Assembly: GCA_963667175.2 (NCBI GenBank)
Contig: CAXXXF010000012.1
Coordinates: 32,001-96,000 of the forward strand
Source: Candidatus Latescibacterota bacterium
Lineage (GTDB): Bacteria; Latescibacterota; UBA2968; GCA-2709665
DNA: 64,000 nucleotides
Reading direction: 5' to 3'
Below are positions 36,856 through 46,847 of this stretch, in pieces. The notes beneath the pieces were generated by a model that saw nothing but the letters and a program-made list of their open reading frames with translations, did no database searches and was not told the origin of the DNA. Position numbers and translations under genes: made by a program. How positions within the stretch are numbered: position 1 is the first letter of the stretch; the number at the start of each line of letters is the position of its first letter.

Positions 36856-39225
36856 TCAACCGCCTCCATTGACCGGCTCCGAGTCCGCAGTCTCGTCGGA
36901 CGCCGACTTCAGCTTCCACCGGACGCGAAACTGCTCCCGGTCGACCTCTGCCTGCTCGAGTGGCACAGTCACGACCGACTGCAGATCGGCCGTAATTGCT
37001 TCACTGTCCTGCCGAAAGCGCTTCAGTTCCCCGCTTGCCTGCATCGCCGCCTGGTCGCTATAGTTGTCCGAATCGGGATCCTCACTGTTTCCGAGAGACT
37101 GAAGACTCCAGGATCGAAGCGGATTGGCGAGTTCCACCACCATCGTATAGGCCGATCCACTCTCGACACGGAACAGACCGTCATCGCCCGGGATGGACCG
37201 CGTGGTATGCAGGGCATACGTGCCCGGCGCCGAACCTCCCACCGGAAACAGGCGACCACCCCGTTCAATCACGTGCACCTCGCCCCAGGGCACGTCCAGC
37301 CGCCCGTATGTCGTCATCATGTGCTCCACGGTCATTCTCAGCCCCTCGAGGGCAAGTTCTTCCATCACCCGCACCTGGTTCAATTGTTCGGGCGGAACCC
37401 CCGAAAACAGCTCGATGAACCTGGACTTCCAGATGGAAAACAGGAGTGTCGCGCGGCTGTCGACCGACGCGCGGTTGTCCCAGCCGCGCAGCAGCTCCAC
37501 AGCGTGGGCCAGCTGCCTGTCCGGGTCGTAGATGTCCCACCACGATCGATTGTACGCCCTGAGGATGAAGCCTTTCAGTTCCTCCGCCGCGATCAGATAG
37601 GAATCTCTGGCCAGCTCCTTTAACTGGCCCAGCGTCGCCTTCCGGTTGGCCGACAGCCACGTCAGCAGACGCTGCCCGCGGTCGTCCAGCCCGCCCCAAC
37701 CCATGAAAGGCGGAAAATCCGTGGGCTTGAGACCGCTGTCGTGCGTAACGAAATTCGGCGCAACATTGCAGTTCTGCAAGAAATCCGAGGGGGGATTCAA
37801 TATTCGCGGGAGCCGTTCGTACCCCATGATACTCCGCCATTCCGTATCGGGAACCCAACCGGGAACGGGGCTTCTCCAGTCGAATGCTTCCGCTCGTACC
37901 GGGCTGCGCGCGCTGTAGACGTACAACATGCGGCCCTCGACGTCGCCGTACAGGACATGGAACATGGGCAACTGGAGCATTCGCAACGCACGTTCGAACG
38001 CTTCCGGGTCGCCTGCCCGATTGATCATATGGAACTGCCCGATGGCATTGACGACGTCCCCGGCGCTGCAGCGCGCCGCATAGGCCCGGTCATCGGCAGT
38101 CTTGTAGACCGGTCCGTGGTGCGAATAGCGCAACTCGCGTTCGACTTCACGCACTCCCCGGGGCTCCCTGACGCGAATGCGCACCCGCTGAGACGACATG
38201 CGCCTCACTTCCTTCTCGAACACGTACCGTCTACGGTTTGACGGATCGAGTTTCAGTTCATACAGATCGAACACGTCCGCGTCGTTCGCCGCCAGCGACC
38301 ACGCCATGCGGCGGTTATGTCCTGCCAGAATGACCGGGAGGCCAAACACGGTCACGCCGGCGACGTTCAGCCCTTCCCCGCTGATAAGGTGCGCCTCGTA
38401 AGGTTGAAACGGAGCGCGCCACGGGAGGTGCACGTCCATCACGAAAACCGGGTTTCCGGATGCGGTTCGCGAACCTCCCACCACCCACGTATTCGACGTG
38501 GTGCGGCGGGCGCGCAACAACGGCGCCAGGCCCTCATCCTGCAATTCGAGAATTCCCGCCCGCTCCGCAAACAACATGAACAGCCATCGGGACAGCGCCA
38601 CGACGTCCGTACCGCCCACAGGGGTTACCCAGTCGGGCAACCCCTCCCTGTAGACGTCGATATAGTGGTTTACGCCGTCGGCAAACGCACGAATCAGATC
38701 CCGTGTTTCGGCGGGCAGCGCGCCGTATCGTGCGACGGCCACGTCCCGGATCCGCCAGAGCAACGCCCGCTCGTCGCTCTCCAGATGACCGGCGCCGAGC
38801 ACTTCCGACGCCGTACCCGACGCCGCCCGGTAATTCAACAACATCGGAACCAGGTGATCCTGGGCCTGGGCATAGCCGAATCCGTATGCGACGTCGACGT
38901 CTCGAAGGCCGTAAACGTGAGGCACGCCGTAGCGATCCCTCAATATCCGCGCCCTGCCCTCAGGCGGACTGAACAGCGAATCGCCGTACTTCGCCAGGAC
39001 CGAGTCCAGCGGGACCTCGGCAAGCAGCATCGCTGCGCTATCCTGAAAGGCGGACGGAAGCGCCGTATCCGCGGCGGCTGCGGGGAACGCGCAAACCAGC
39101 GTGACGACAACGAAAATCAGAGTCCGCGACGTCGCGCACCAGGAGAGGAATACGCCGCGTGCGCGTCCTGAGCCCGATTGCGGAATCCGTCCGGGATCGC
39201 GCGAGATGATGTATCGTGATTGCAT
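36856..39225 (-). CDS. Penicillin acylase family (Ntn hydrolase), probably exported; start uncertain
   Basis: RDRYGVPHV, GYAQAQD, beta-chain start SNTWVV, signal-like hydrophobic segment. Confidence 0.85.
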   Translation of the reverse strand: MQSRYIISRDPGRIPQSGSGRARGVFLSWCATSRTLIFVVVTLVCAFPAAAADTALPSAFQDSAAMLLAEVPLDSVLAKYGDSLFSPPEGRARILRDRYGVPHVYGLRDVDVAYGFGYAQAQDHLVPMLLNYRAASGTASEVLGAGHLESDERALLWRIRDVAVARYGALPAETRDLIRAFADGVNHYIDVYREGLPDWVTPVGGTDVVALSRWLFMLFAERAGILELQDEGLAPLLRARRTTSNTWVVGGSRTASGNPVFVMDVHLPWRAPFQPYEAHLISGEGLNVAGVTVFGLPVILAGHNRRMAWSLAANDADVFDLYELKLDPSNRRRYVFEKEVRRMSSQRVRIRVREPRGVREVERELRYSHHGPVYKTADDRAYAARCSAGDVVNAIGQFHMINRAGDPEAFERALRMLQLPMFHVLYGDVEGRMLYVYSARSPVRAEAFDWRSPVPGWVPDTEWRSIMGYERLPRILNPPSDFLQNCNVAPNFVTHDSGLKPTDFPPFMGWGGLDDRGQRLLTWLSANRKATLGQLKELARDSYLIAAEELKGFILRAYNRSWWDIYDPDRQLAHAVELLRGWDNRASVDSRATLLFSIWKSRFIELFSGVPPEQLNQVRVMEELALEGLRMTVEHMMTTYGRLDVPWGEVHVIERGGRLFPVGGSAPGTYALHTTRSIPGDDGLFRVESGSAYTMVVELANPLRSWSLQSLGNSEDPDSDNYSDQAAMQASGELKRFRQDSEAITADLQSVVTVPLEQAEVDREQFRVRWKLKSASDETADSEPVNGGG

Positions 39226-39322
39226 AGCTGAATATCTGGTTCGCGGAATTGACTTTCTCGACACGCGGCCCCACGGAAGCATCGAACGGCCGCCGCGTGC
39301 ACGCCGTCCCTCGATCACGGCC

Positions 39323-40942
39323 TCAGTTGCCGGGCATCCCTCGCCGCAACACGCGACCGCCTCGGTCGCCCGTCGTCTTTCCATCGGCAATTGCGGCGAC
39401 GCCATTGACGAACAGCCAGCGAACCCCTTCCGAATAGCGACAGGGATTCTGAATCGTGGCCAGATCGCGCATCCCGTCGGGATCGAACAGGACCAGATCG
39501 GCCTTTTTTCCATCCTGAAGCAGACCGCGGTCTTCAAACCCGATCCGTTCGGCCGGAAACCGGGTGAGCTTCTCCACCACACGTTCGAGAGAAAGCACGC
39601 CCCGTTCACGGACGAGCGTTCGAATCAGGTACGCCATGCCTCCATAGCAGCGGGGATGCTCCCTTTCGTCCGCAAGCGGACCCGTATTGGCCATGGCGAA
39701 CCCGTCCGATCCTACGCCGCAATGGGTCCCCCTGGCGAGACAGTCGATATCCGGGTCGGCCTTGTCTTCGCCGTAAAAGCTCACGGCGCCGTTCTCTTCG
39801 ATCAGGATATCGCAGACGGCATCGAACGGATGGACGCCGCGAAGCCGGCCGATTTCAGCAAAGCTCCTGCCCGTCAGCGAGGCGTTGACCGCGCAGTTTC
39901 CGAGCCAGAGCTTTTTCCAGAGACCACGTTGCATCAAACCCGTCTTGGTGCTCCCGCCGAGTTCCGATCCGCTTTCCCGAATCTCACGCCACATGCGCCT
40001 TCGCAGTAAAGGCGTCGACAATCGATCCGCCATCCTCCCGTTTCCGCCCTCCAGGGCCCACGGCGGCAGCAGAGATTTCAAGGACGTGGATCCCGTCGCA
40101 TAGAATTCCGTCTCCGCCGTGACGTCCTGCCCTTCCGCTCGAGCGCGGCAGATGCGTTCGAGCAGACGCGGCGCGCTGCCCGTGGCCGGCGGACAGGGCG
40201 TAATGTGCGATGCGTGAACGGGAACGCCGGCCGCCCTCCCGATCGCAATCGCCTCCTCCAGCGCTTCCATGATGGACGCGGTGTAGTTGCGCATGTGTGT
40301 GGCGTATATGCCGCCGTAGGGCGCCGTCACTGCCGCCAGCTCGATGATTTCGTCCGTCGTCGCGCTGCTGCCCGGCATATAGGTGAGCCCGGTGGAGATC
40401 CCAAGCGCGCCTTCGGCCATCTGAGCGTCGACGAGACACTTCATCTCCTCCAGTTGATCCCGTCGGGGCGGACGCGCGGATTGCCCCATGACCGTATGCC
40501 GTACCGAGCCATGTCCCACAAAAAACGCGGCGTTGATCGCCACGCCCTGCCGCTCCAACGTCTCGAAATACCCGGCCGCGGATGCCCAGCCCACGGCGAT
40601 TTCCGATCTGAGCCGAGCGGAATCCAACGGGCCGAAATAGCATCCGTTGGCCCCTGCCGGAAATGCCGATATCCCGCAGTTTCCGCAGACGTGGGTCGTC
40701 ACGCCCTGGTAGAGTGCGCTCTCACCCCGCCCGTCGATCAGCAGGCTGTAGTCCGAGTGGGTGTGGATGTCGATGAATCCGGGCGCCGCCGTCAAACCGG
40801 ACCCGTCGATTTCCACCCTGGACGGGCCCGACACGCTGCCGACGGCGGCAATCTCGCCTCCATCGATACCCACGTCGCCAACGTTGGCGGGCGCGCCCGT
40901 TCCATCGACGATACTGGCGTTGCGGATCAGGACGTCAAGCAT
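39323..40942 (-). CDS. N-acyl-D-amino-acid deacylase
   Basis: PGFIDIHTHSD, GNCG, GSDG, HPR.YG, ADLVLFDP. Confidence 0.92.
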   Translation of the reverse strand: MLDVLIRNASIVDGTGAPANVGDVGIDGGEIAAVGSVSGPSRVEIDGSGLTAAPGFIDIHTHSDYSLLIDGRGESALYQGVTTHVCGNCGISAFPAGANGCYFGPLDSARLRSEIAVGWASAAGYFETLERQGVAINAAFFVGHGSVRHTVMGQSARPPRRDQLEEMKCLVDAQMAEGALGISTGLTYMPGSSATTDEIIELAAVTAPYGGIYATHMRNYTASIMEALEEAIAIGRAAGVPVHASHITPCPPATGSAPRLLERICRARAEGQDVTAETEFYATGSTSLKSLLPPWALEGGNGRMADRLSTPLLRRRMWREIRESGSELGGSTKTGLMQRGLWKKLWLGNCAVNASLTGRSFAEIGRLRGVHPFDAVCDILIEENGAVSFYGEDKADPDIDCLARGTHCGVGSDGFAMANTGPLADEREHPRCYGGMAYLIRTLVRERGVLSLERVVEKLTRFPAERIGFEDRGLLQDGKKADLVLFDPDGMRDLATIQNPCRYSEGVRWLFVNGVAAIADGKTTGDRGGRVLRRGMPGN

Positions 40943-41035
40943 TGTCGGAGCATTTCCGGTATGTAATGGATCGAGGGGCAGGACGGCCTGGTATCGACGG
41001 GACAGACCGGAGCACGGCCGGGATTCGCGGAAGCG

Positions 41036-42157
41036 TCAATAGGGGTCTCCCACGCGCCACCGATGTTTCTCCACGCCTTCCACGTCCAGTTCGACACCGA
41101 GTCCGGGCCCTTCGGGCACCACCAGACAACCCGCTTCGATCTTCAGGGGTTCCACCAGAATTTCATCCCGCCATTCGATACCGGTGACGAACTCCATCGG
41201 CGCTTCGTTGGGGATCGACGCCAGCAGATGAGCCGCTGCCAGTATACCCACGGGTCCCTTCGTATTGTGAAAGGATATCGGAACATGATAGGTATCTGCG
41301 ACTGCCGCGATCTTCTTCACCTCGGTAATTCCTCCCGCGTAGATGAGGTCCGGCTGTGCGATATCGATACCGTCCAGCTCCAGAAGTTGCCGGTATTGCG
41401 TCTTGGTGTTCAGCCGTTCGCTGCCCATGATCGGTATGCTCGTCTGCGATCTCACCTTTGGGTACGCGGTCAGATCTTCAGGGGGAACCGGGTCTTCAAA
41501 GCAGTACAGGTCATAGGGTTCCAGCGCGCGCGCCAGCCGAACCGCCCCGCCAACGGTGAATCGCCCGTGGCAGTCCACCAGCAGGGCGACGTCCGGCCCG
41601 ACAGCCTCTCTCGCTGCCGAAAAATGCGCCGCCGTTTCTTCCGGCGCGCCATCGTCCAGGTAGAATTCGAACGGGCGGCCAGTATTCGAACGCGCGCCAG
41701 TCTTCAGGGCCCTATAGCCCCGGTCGGCCCAGAACCTGGCGCGCTTCGCCGATTCTTCCGGCGTGGCGCCGCTGAAGTGGGTGTAAACGCGGACCCGGTC
41801 CCGGAACCTGCCTCCCAGCAATTCCACAAGGGGCAGATTGGCCGCCTTTCCCTTCAGGTCCCACAGTGCCTGGTCGATCCCGCTCAGGGCACTCATCCAG
41901 ACCGGACCCACCATCCGCCAGATTCCGCTGAGTGAGGAAATCCGATAGATCTTGTGCCAGAGGTACTCGATTCGAGATACATCCTCGCCAACGAGTTCCT
42001 GTTTCATGTGTTCCAGCGCCGAGACCACCACGGGCTCTTTTTGCGAGTAGGTGGCCTCGCCCAGTCCCACCGGTCCCTCGTCCGTATGCACCCTTACGAT
42101 CGTCCACTTTCGCCCCGGCGAGTCGATCAGTATCGAGTCGATGTCGCGAATCTTCAT
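41036..42157 (-). CDS. Enolase-superfamily dehydratase (galactonate dehydratase-like)
   Basis: DQALWDLKGK, DCHGR, EDP, SER, QPD. Confidence 0.9.
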   Translation of the reverse strand: MKIRDIDSILIDSPGRKWTIVRVHTDEGPVGLGEATYSQKEPVVVSALEHMKQELVGEDVSRIEYLWHKIYRISSLSGIWRMVGPVWMSALSGIDQALWDLKGKAANLPLVELLGGRFRDRVRVYTHFSGATPEESAKRARFWADRGYRALKTGARSNTGRPFEFYLDDGAPEETAAHFSAAREAVGPDVALLVDCHGRFTVGGAVRLARALEPYDLYCFEDPVPPEDLTAYPKVRSQTSIPIMGSERLNTKTQYRQLLELDGIDIAQPDLIYAGGITEVKKIAAVADTYHVPISFHNTKGPVGILAAAHLLASIPNEAPMEFVTGIEWRDEILVEPLKIEAGCLVVPEGPGLGVELDVEGVEKHRWRVGDPY

Positions 42158-42882
42158 TCCGATGCCTCCAGTTGTCTGCAGGAGGCAACGAACTCGGCAG
42201 ACGTCGTGGTGAATCCGATCAGGTGCTCGAACTGGCGAAGCATCATGCGATTCACCCATCCGCCCTCCGGCAGGCTGTCGTCCAGCGTATCGGGAAATTC
42301 GATCTCTCCGGGCGGATTGGAACAGTCACGCAGGAGGATGACACGGTAGTTGTGGCCCATCGCCTCCGCGCACGTGTAGTGCAGGCACGCCCGCCGGCTG
42401 TAGCCCACCACGAACAGATTCTCGATACCCCAGGAGCGGAGCCTCTGATCGAGAAACGTATCGCGGAACCCGCTCCACATCCACTTGGGGAAATTCGGCT
42501 CGCCCGGTCGTGGCGCAACGCAATCCACGTAGACCGGTTCGTAATCCGGCCTTCTGGTCCAACTCTCCATCACGTCGCCGTTGGGTACCTTCGTCCTGCT
42601 CCAGAGTTGACCCGCAATACAACCGGGATCGGCCACCAGCCTCAGATCGTTGTGGACGTACGCCACTTTCATCTCTATGGCTCTGGCCGCATCCAGGGCC
42701 GGCGCGATGTAATGCCTCGTTGTGGGATGCGGCGTTTTTTCGCCCTTGTACGAATAGCTTCCATCCACGTCGACAAGCAGGAAACAACAACGCTCGAACG
42801 GCAGCTTCAAGTCCTCGTACCCGTAATCGTAACCGCCGGGGTAATCCTTATAATAACGTACCGGGATCTCGATGCTTGTCAT
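42154..42882 (-). CDS. Isochorismatase/cysteine hydrolase family
   Basis: LVDVD, K..WSGF, GYSRRAC triad. Confidence 0.85.
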   Translation of the reverse strand: MTSIEIPVRYYKDYPGGYDYGYEDLKLPFERCCFLLVDVDGSYSYKGEKTPHPTTRHYIAPALDAARAIEMKVAYVHNDLRLVADPGCIAGQLWSRTKVPNGDVMESWTRRPDYEPVYVDCVAPRPGEPNFPKWMWSGFRDTFLDQRLRSWGIENLFVVGYSRRACLHYTCAEAMGHNYRVILLRDCSNPPGEIEFPDTLDDSLPEGGWVNRMMLRQFEHLIGFTTTSAEFVASCRQLEASE

Positions 42883-42898
42883 GAGAGACACCTCCTAA

Positions 42899-42956
42899 CA
42901 GCCCGTTGAAAAAGTCCATCCGGGCTACGTCCGGCCCTTGTGACCGAACGACGGCG
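42899..42956. mobile_element. Truncated MITE family E copy
   Basis: CTAA then CAGCCCGTTGAAAAAGTCCATCCGGG..., near-identical to the first ~58 bp of 35925. Confidence 0.8.
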
Positions 42957-42978
42957 ACCGCCTTCCGTTCGGCTGACG

Positions 42979-45510
42979 TCAATTCAGCAGAACCCGCACG
43001 GTCTTGATTTCAAAGGGGGCGAATGGAATGGCATCCCAGTCCAGATCGCGCACGCGCCGCTCCATCAGGTCCGTTTCGAGAACCGAGGCGACGTCACGGC
43101 AGGAAACCAGGCGGGCCTCACAGGTTCTGCCAACGGTTTCGTACGCGCGCAGAATCAGTCCTTCGCCGTCTTCAGCCCGTTTGATCGTCGTGCAAACGAC
43201 TCCGGGGCCGTCGAGGGAGATGAATTGCATTCGATCCGACAATGACTTCCCGGAAACGGTGTCGTACACGACCCGGGCGCTCAGCCGCTGGCCCAGGTTC
43301 CAGCCGTCGCGGAATGCGTTTCCCCTTGCGAAGTCGCCACGGTATCCCCTGATGGAGTAACCGCACGTCACTTCTTCAGGAAACGAGCGCCAGATGACAT
43401 TGTAAGAATACGATGCGGGATCGAGACCCGAATGCAAAACGTCGCCGCGGACCTCGCCTGGACCGAACCGAAACGCCTTCCGGTCCGAGGCCAGCACCAA
43501 GCCGGAGTCCGTTCTCTCCACGGCCACCCATCCCTGGCAGACCCGCCGGACGTCGGACGAATCATCCTCGTGCTCGTCTTGCTCGAGCAACTGTTGACCG
43601 TACGGCGTTCCGTACCGGATCATGTCACCGGCGGCCGGGAAGACCATCTGCACAAGTACCGGCTTCTTGTCGCGCCATTGGAGCCGGAGGTCCACGTCCA
43701 CGCGGTCCGGTTCGCCGTACAGACGGTACCTGATCTCACAGGGAGACGACAACAGTCTCCCCGCCACCAGCACCGTTGCCCGGACCTCGCCGCTTTCTTC
43801 GAGGTCGACGCGATCGACGGCCATCTCGAACCGCCTTCCCGTGACCGCGCATCCGTCGGTCAGCGCGTCCTCGGTCCCAACGAGATGAATGCCGTCTACC
43901 AGCAATTCACCGGTGGTTCGGTCCGACACCTGCGCCCGGCCGGTGATTTCGTCGACTTCGAGGTCGATGGAAGCCGTCCTGAACCGGCGTCCGATCCGCA
44001 CGCCCCCGAATGCTTCGGTCACGCGGTCTTCGACGTCCTCCAGAACGAAGGAAGGCTCCGGAAATTCAGGCGCCATCTGCCCCGGCGCCATCATCTCCGA
44101 TGGCTGAATGCCCACGAGCGGCTGCGTTTCCGTAACACCCGGAATCAGATAGTACGTTACGTAGCCGTTGGCCGGAACCTCCCGCGCCGCGAAGACCAGG
44201 CGTATCTCGGCCGTCTCCGTCTGCCTTCCCGCCAGTTCCTGGAACGGCACCTGACGCCCGGAAGCGTCCGCCAGCCTGTACGTTTCGTATCGGGCAAAGT
44301 CGGTCGCCTCCACCTCACCGTAAAACGTGACGTGCGTTTCCACAAGGTCGGTGCGCGGCCAGGATAGCGGATTAAACACGACAATGGGCAACCTGCCGTC
44401 CGGACCGTCGCGGGGGATGATTCGCTCTGCGATCACCCCCTCGGCGTACCGTGAAATGCGCTCCGCGGTGTCGACGACGCTCTGCTGGTCGCTCCGCCTT
44501 CGTTCCAGCCCCTCCTTCGCAGCCGCTCCGTCGAAGCGGTACGACGTTGCCTCGAGTTGACGCAGCCACGCCGCCTTCAGATCCTCTCCGCGATATTCCG
44601 ACTTGAGAAACGTCTCCGCCATTGCCGACATCTGTTCGGCCCGCAACAGCCCGCGGACGGCCGGGTCGTTCAGAGGCGCCGTCTCCGGATACATGGGCTC
44701 CGGATGCGGTCCGCCGGACGAATTCTGCCGGCGCGCCTCTCTGAGTGGCGCCATTGTCCGGGATTTCGGGAGAAGGCCTGAGGGAATCCCAAGTTCAACG
44801 GCGACGTCCTGTTCTTCCGCCCACGCTTCAAGCTGCGCCAGCGTCTCTTCGTTGGGCTGAACCATCAGCCCGCCCCAGTGCAGCGCCAATCTGCCATCTT
44901 GCGTTTCGCGCATGCCGGCAATCACGTCGTTTGCGGCCCGCCTGGACTGCGGCGCTCCACGAATGGCTTCCCAGAGCAGGTGGCCGCCGCCCACGGCATC
45001 CCAACAGATCACCCGCGATCCGTCGGGCCCCGGCCAGCGATACAGGACGTCCTGATACCACCCGTTGCCCGTGAGCACGACGAGTTCGACACCACACTTG
45101 ACCGCAATCTGAACGTATTGCGAAGTCGTGCTCCGCCCGTCACCCAGATTCACGATCGTCGGCTCGGCGCCAAGCGTATCGCGGACGAAGGACTTTCCGT
45201 AGAGCAGATTTCGAACCAGGTCTTCGCCGGCGGACAGCCGGTGATCCATCTGGGTCCAGCCGGCGCCCAACTCCAGCCTGCCCTTGGAAACCGCGTCCCG
45301 GACCGGCTCCGCGGCCTCGGGATGCGCCTCGAGAAAAGCGCTCAGATGGACCGGATTTTCAATGAGGAACCTGAAGTCGTCCCTGGCCTCCAACAGTTGC
45401 AGAACGCGTGCGATAATCAGCGCGCCGCGAGACTGACACGCCTCCTTGTCGCCCAACCCGAAGAGCGTCAACCGCGAAAACGGAACGACGTATATTGCCT
45501 CTTTCGACAT
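42979..45510 (-). CDS. GH38 alpha-mannosidase-like protein with a degenerate metal-binding motif
   Basis: GEDLVRNLLYG, W.GPDGS, VFNPLSWPR, C-term PFEIKTV; N-term FSRLTL where HxD is expected. Confidence 0.8.
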   Translation of the reverse strand: MSKEAIYVVPFSRLTLFGLGDKEACQSRGALIIARVLQLLEARDDFRFLIENPVHLSAFLEAHPEAAEPVRDAVSKGRLELGAGWTQMDHRLSAGEDLVRNLLYGKSFVRDTLGAEPTIVNLGDGRSTTSQYVQIAVKCGVELVVLTGNGWYQDVLYRWPGPDGSRVICWDAVGGGHLLWEAIRGAPQSRRAANDVIAGMRETQDGRLALHWGGLMVQPNEETLAQLEAWAEEQDVAVELGIPSGLLPKSRTMAPLREARRQNSSGGPHPEPMYPETAPLNDPAVRGLLRAEQMSAMAETFLKSEYRGEDLKAAWLRQLEATSYRFDGAAAKEGLERRRSDQQSVVDTAERISRYAEGVIAERIIPRDGPDGRLPIVVFNPLSWPRTDLVETHVTFYGEVEATDFARYETYRLADASGRQVPFQELAGRQTETAEIRLVFAAREVPANGYVTYYLIPGVTETQPLVGIQPSEMMAPGQMAPEFPEPSFVLEDVEDRVTEAFGGVRIGRRFRTASIDLEVDEITGRAQVSDRTTGELLVDGIHLVGTEDALTDGCAVTGRRFEMAVDRVDLEESGEVRATVLVAGRLLSSPCEIRYRLYGEPDRVDVDLRLQWRDKKPVLVQMVFPAAGDMIRYGTPYGQQLLEQDEHEDDSSDVRRVCQGWVAVERTDSGLVLASDRKAFRFGPGEVRGDVLHSGLDPASYSYNVIWRSFPEEVTCGYSIRGYRGDFARGNAFRDGWNLGQRLSARVVYDTVSGKSLSDRMQFISLDGPGVVCTTIKRAEDGEGLILRAYETVGRTCEARLVSCRDVASVLETDLMERRVRDLDWDAIPFAPFEIKTVRVLLN

Positions 45511-45650
45511 GAAGGATTCGACGATCGTTCAGATCGGTGGTCATGCGTTACCGGGCCGCCATGATCAGCGGCCGCATGATACGGAACGGCCGATGACCTG
45601 TAAAGTGAAATCTGCCTTTCTCACGGCATCCTCGCAGAGGGTTTAAGGGC

Positions 45651-45679
45651 TTGACGCTCCCCTTCCGACCGGCTATCTT
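45651..45679 (+). promoter_or_regulatory. sigma70-like promoter with no plus-strand gene downstream
   Basis: TTGACG-17 nt-TATCTT. Confidence 0.45.
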
Positions 45680-45859
45680 GAACCGCGGATTCATCCCGCC
45701 TGCCTGCGCCTGCCTGTCCCGTTGGAACGGCAGGCAGGTCTCGCGGCGCCGGTTCCCGTGCTGCCTCTTCACGGCGATGACGTCAGTTGATTGATTCTTG
45801 GTTCAAGCTGACGCCCGATAGCTGATAGCGGTTCTCGCTGCTTCCAGGCGGCCGGTCGA

Positions 45860-46708
45860 CTATCCCCCCAGCTTCACCAGCACCAGACCCAAAACCACCG
45901 CGCCGATGCCCACGCTCTTTTGCCATCCAAACCGTTCGCCGAGGAAAAGCACCCCCAGCAGGGCGCCGATGACCACCGAAAACTCCCTGACGGCAAGAAT
46001 ATAGCTGACCTTTCCGATGCGCATGGCATACAGAACGAGCAGGTAGGTCGCCATGGAACCCGGCCCTGCCAGGAGCGCGTATTTTTTCATTCCGCGCCAG
46101 GTCCGGACAACCGCGGGCCTGTGCCGCAAGAGCACGTGCGGAGAGAGGATCACCCCCGGAATGACGAATAGCGAAAAGACGTAATGCACGGGATGAACAT
46201 ACGCTACGCCCAGCTTGTCCACGACGGAATAGACGGCGATCGACGCGCCGACGATGAGCGCATACGGTATGGAACGGCGCCGCTCTCGCCCACTTACGCC
46301 ACCGAGCCCCAGAAGGATGACGCCGAGCAGGACCGTTGCGATGCCCACAACACCCGGGACGGTAAGCCTCTCGTCGATCAGCATCCACGCGGCGAGGGCC
46401 GTACCGCCCACGCCCGTGCCGCGGGCAATCGGATATACGACCGATATTTCTCCCTCTTCGTAAGCCTTGGCCAACATGAGGAAATACAGAGAATGCGTCA
46501 AACCGGTCGCCGCAATAAAGGGCCATCCGGCCGTAAGCGCGCCAGACCCAAGGGGAACAAGACAGACCGCCGGTAGGCACAGGACGGACGCGAACCACGT
46601 ACCCAGCCACAAGACACCCAGGTTTCCGGATGCCTTTCTCACCGCGAAATTCCAGGCGGCGTGAAGGACCGTGGAGATCATCACCAGAATAAAGGCCTGC
46701 AACGGCAT
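45860..46708 (-). CDS. DMT/EamA family transporter
   Basis: HAAWN, AYEEGEISVVYPIARG, REFSVV; ~10 TM helices. Confidence 0.9.
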   Translation of the reverse strand: MPLQAFILVMISTVLHAAWNFAVRKASGNLGVLWLGTWFASVLCLPAVCLVPLGSGALTAGWPFIAATGLTHSLYFLMLAKAYEEGEISVVYPIARGTGVGGTALAAWMLIDERLTVPGVVGIATVLLGVILLGLGGVSGRERRRSIPYALIVGASIAVYSVVDKLGVAYVHPVHYVFSLFVIPGVILSPHVLLRHRPAVVRTWRGMKKYALLAGPGSMATYLLVLYAMRIGKVSYILAVREFSVVIGALLGVLFLGERFGWQKSVGIGAVVLGLVLVKLGG

Positions 46709-46847
46709 CGCGTCGCCTCAGTGCGCCGGGTAACGTCAGGCTGAATTCAAGACCCGTATCGCATCCCTGCGATCGTCCGCGCGCAGGCCACCCGTAACCC
46801 TGTCACTCGGGGACTCATCTCACTGCCCGTCTCAAAGGATTCCCGTC

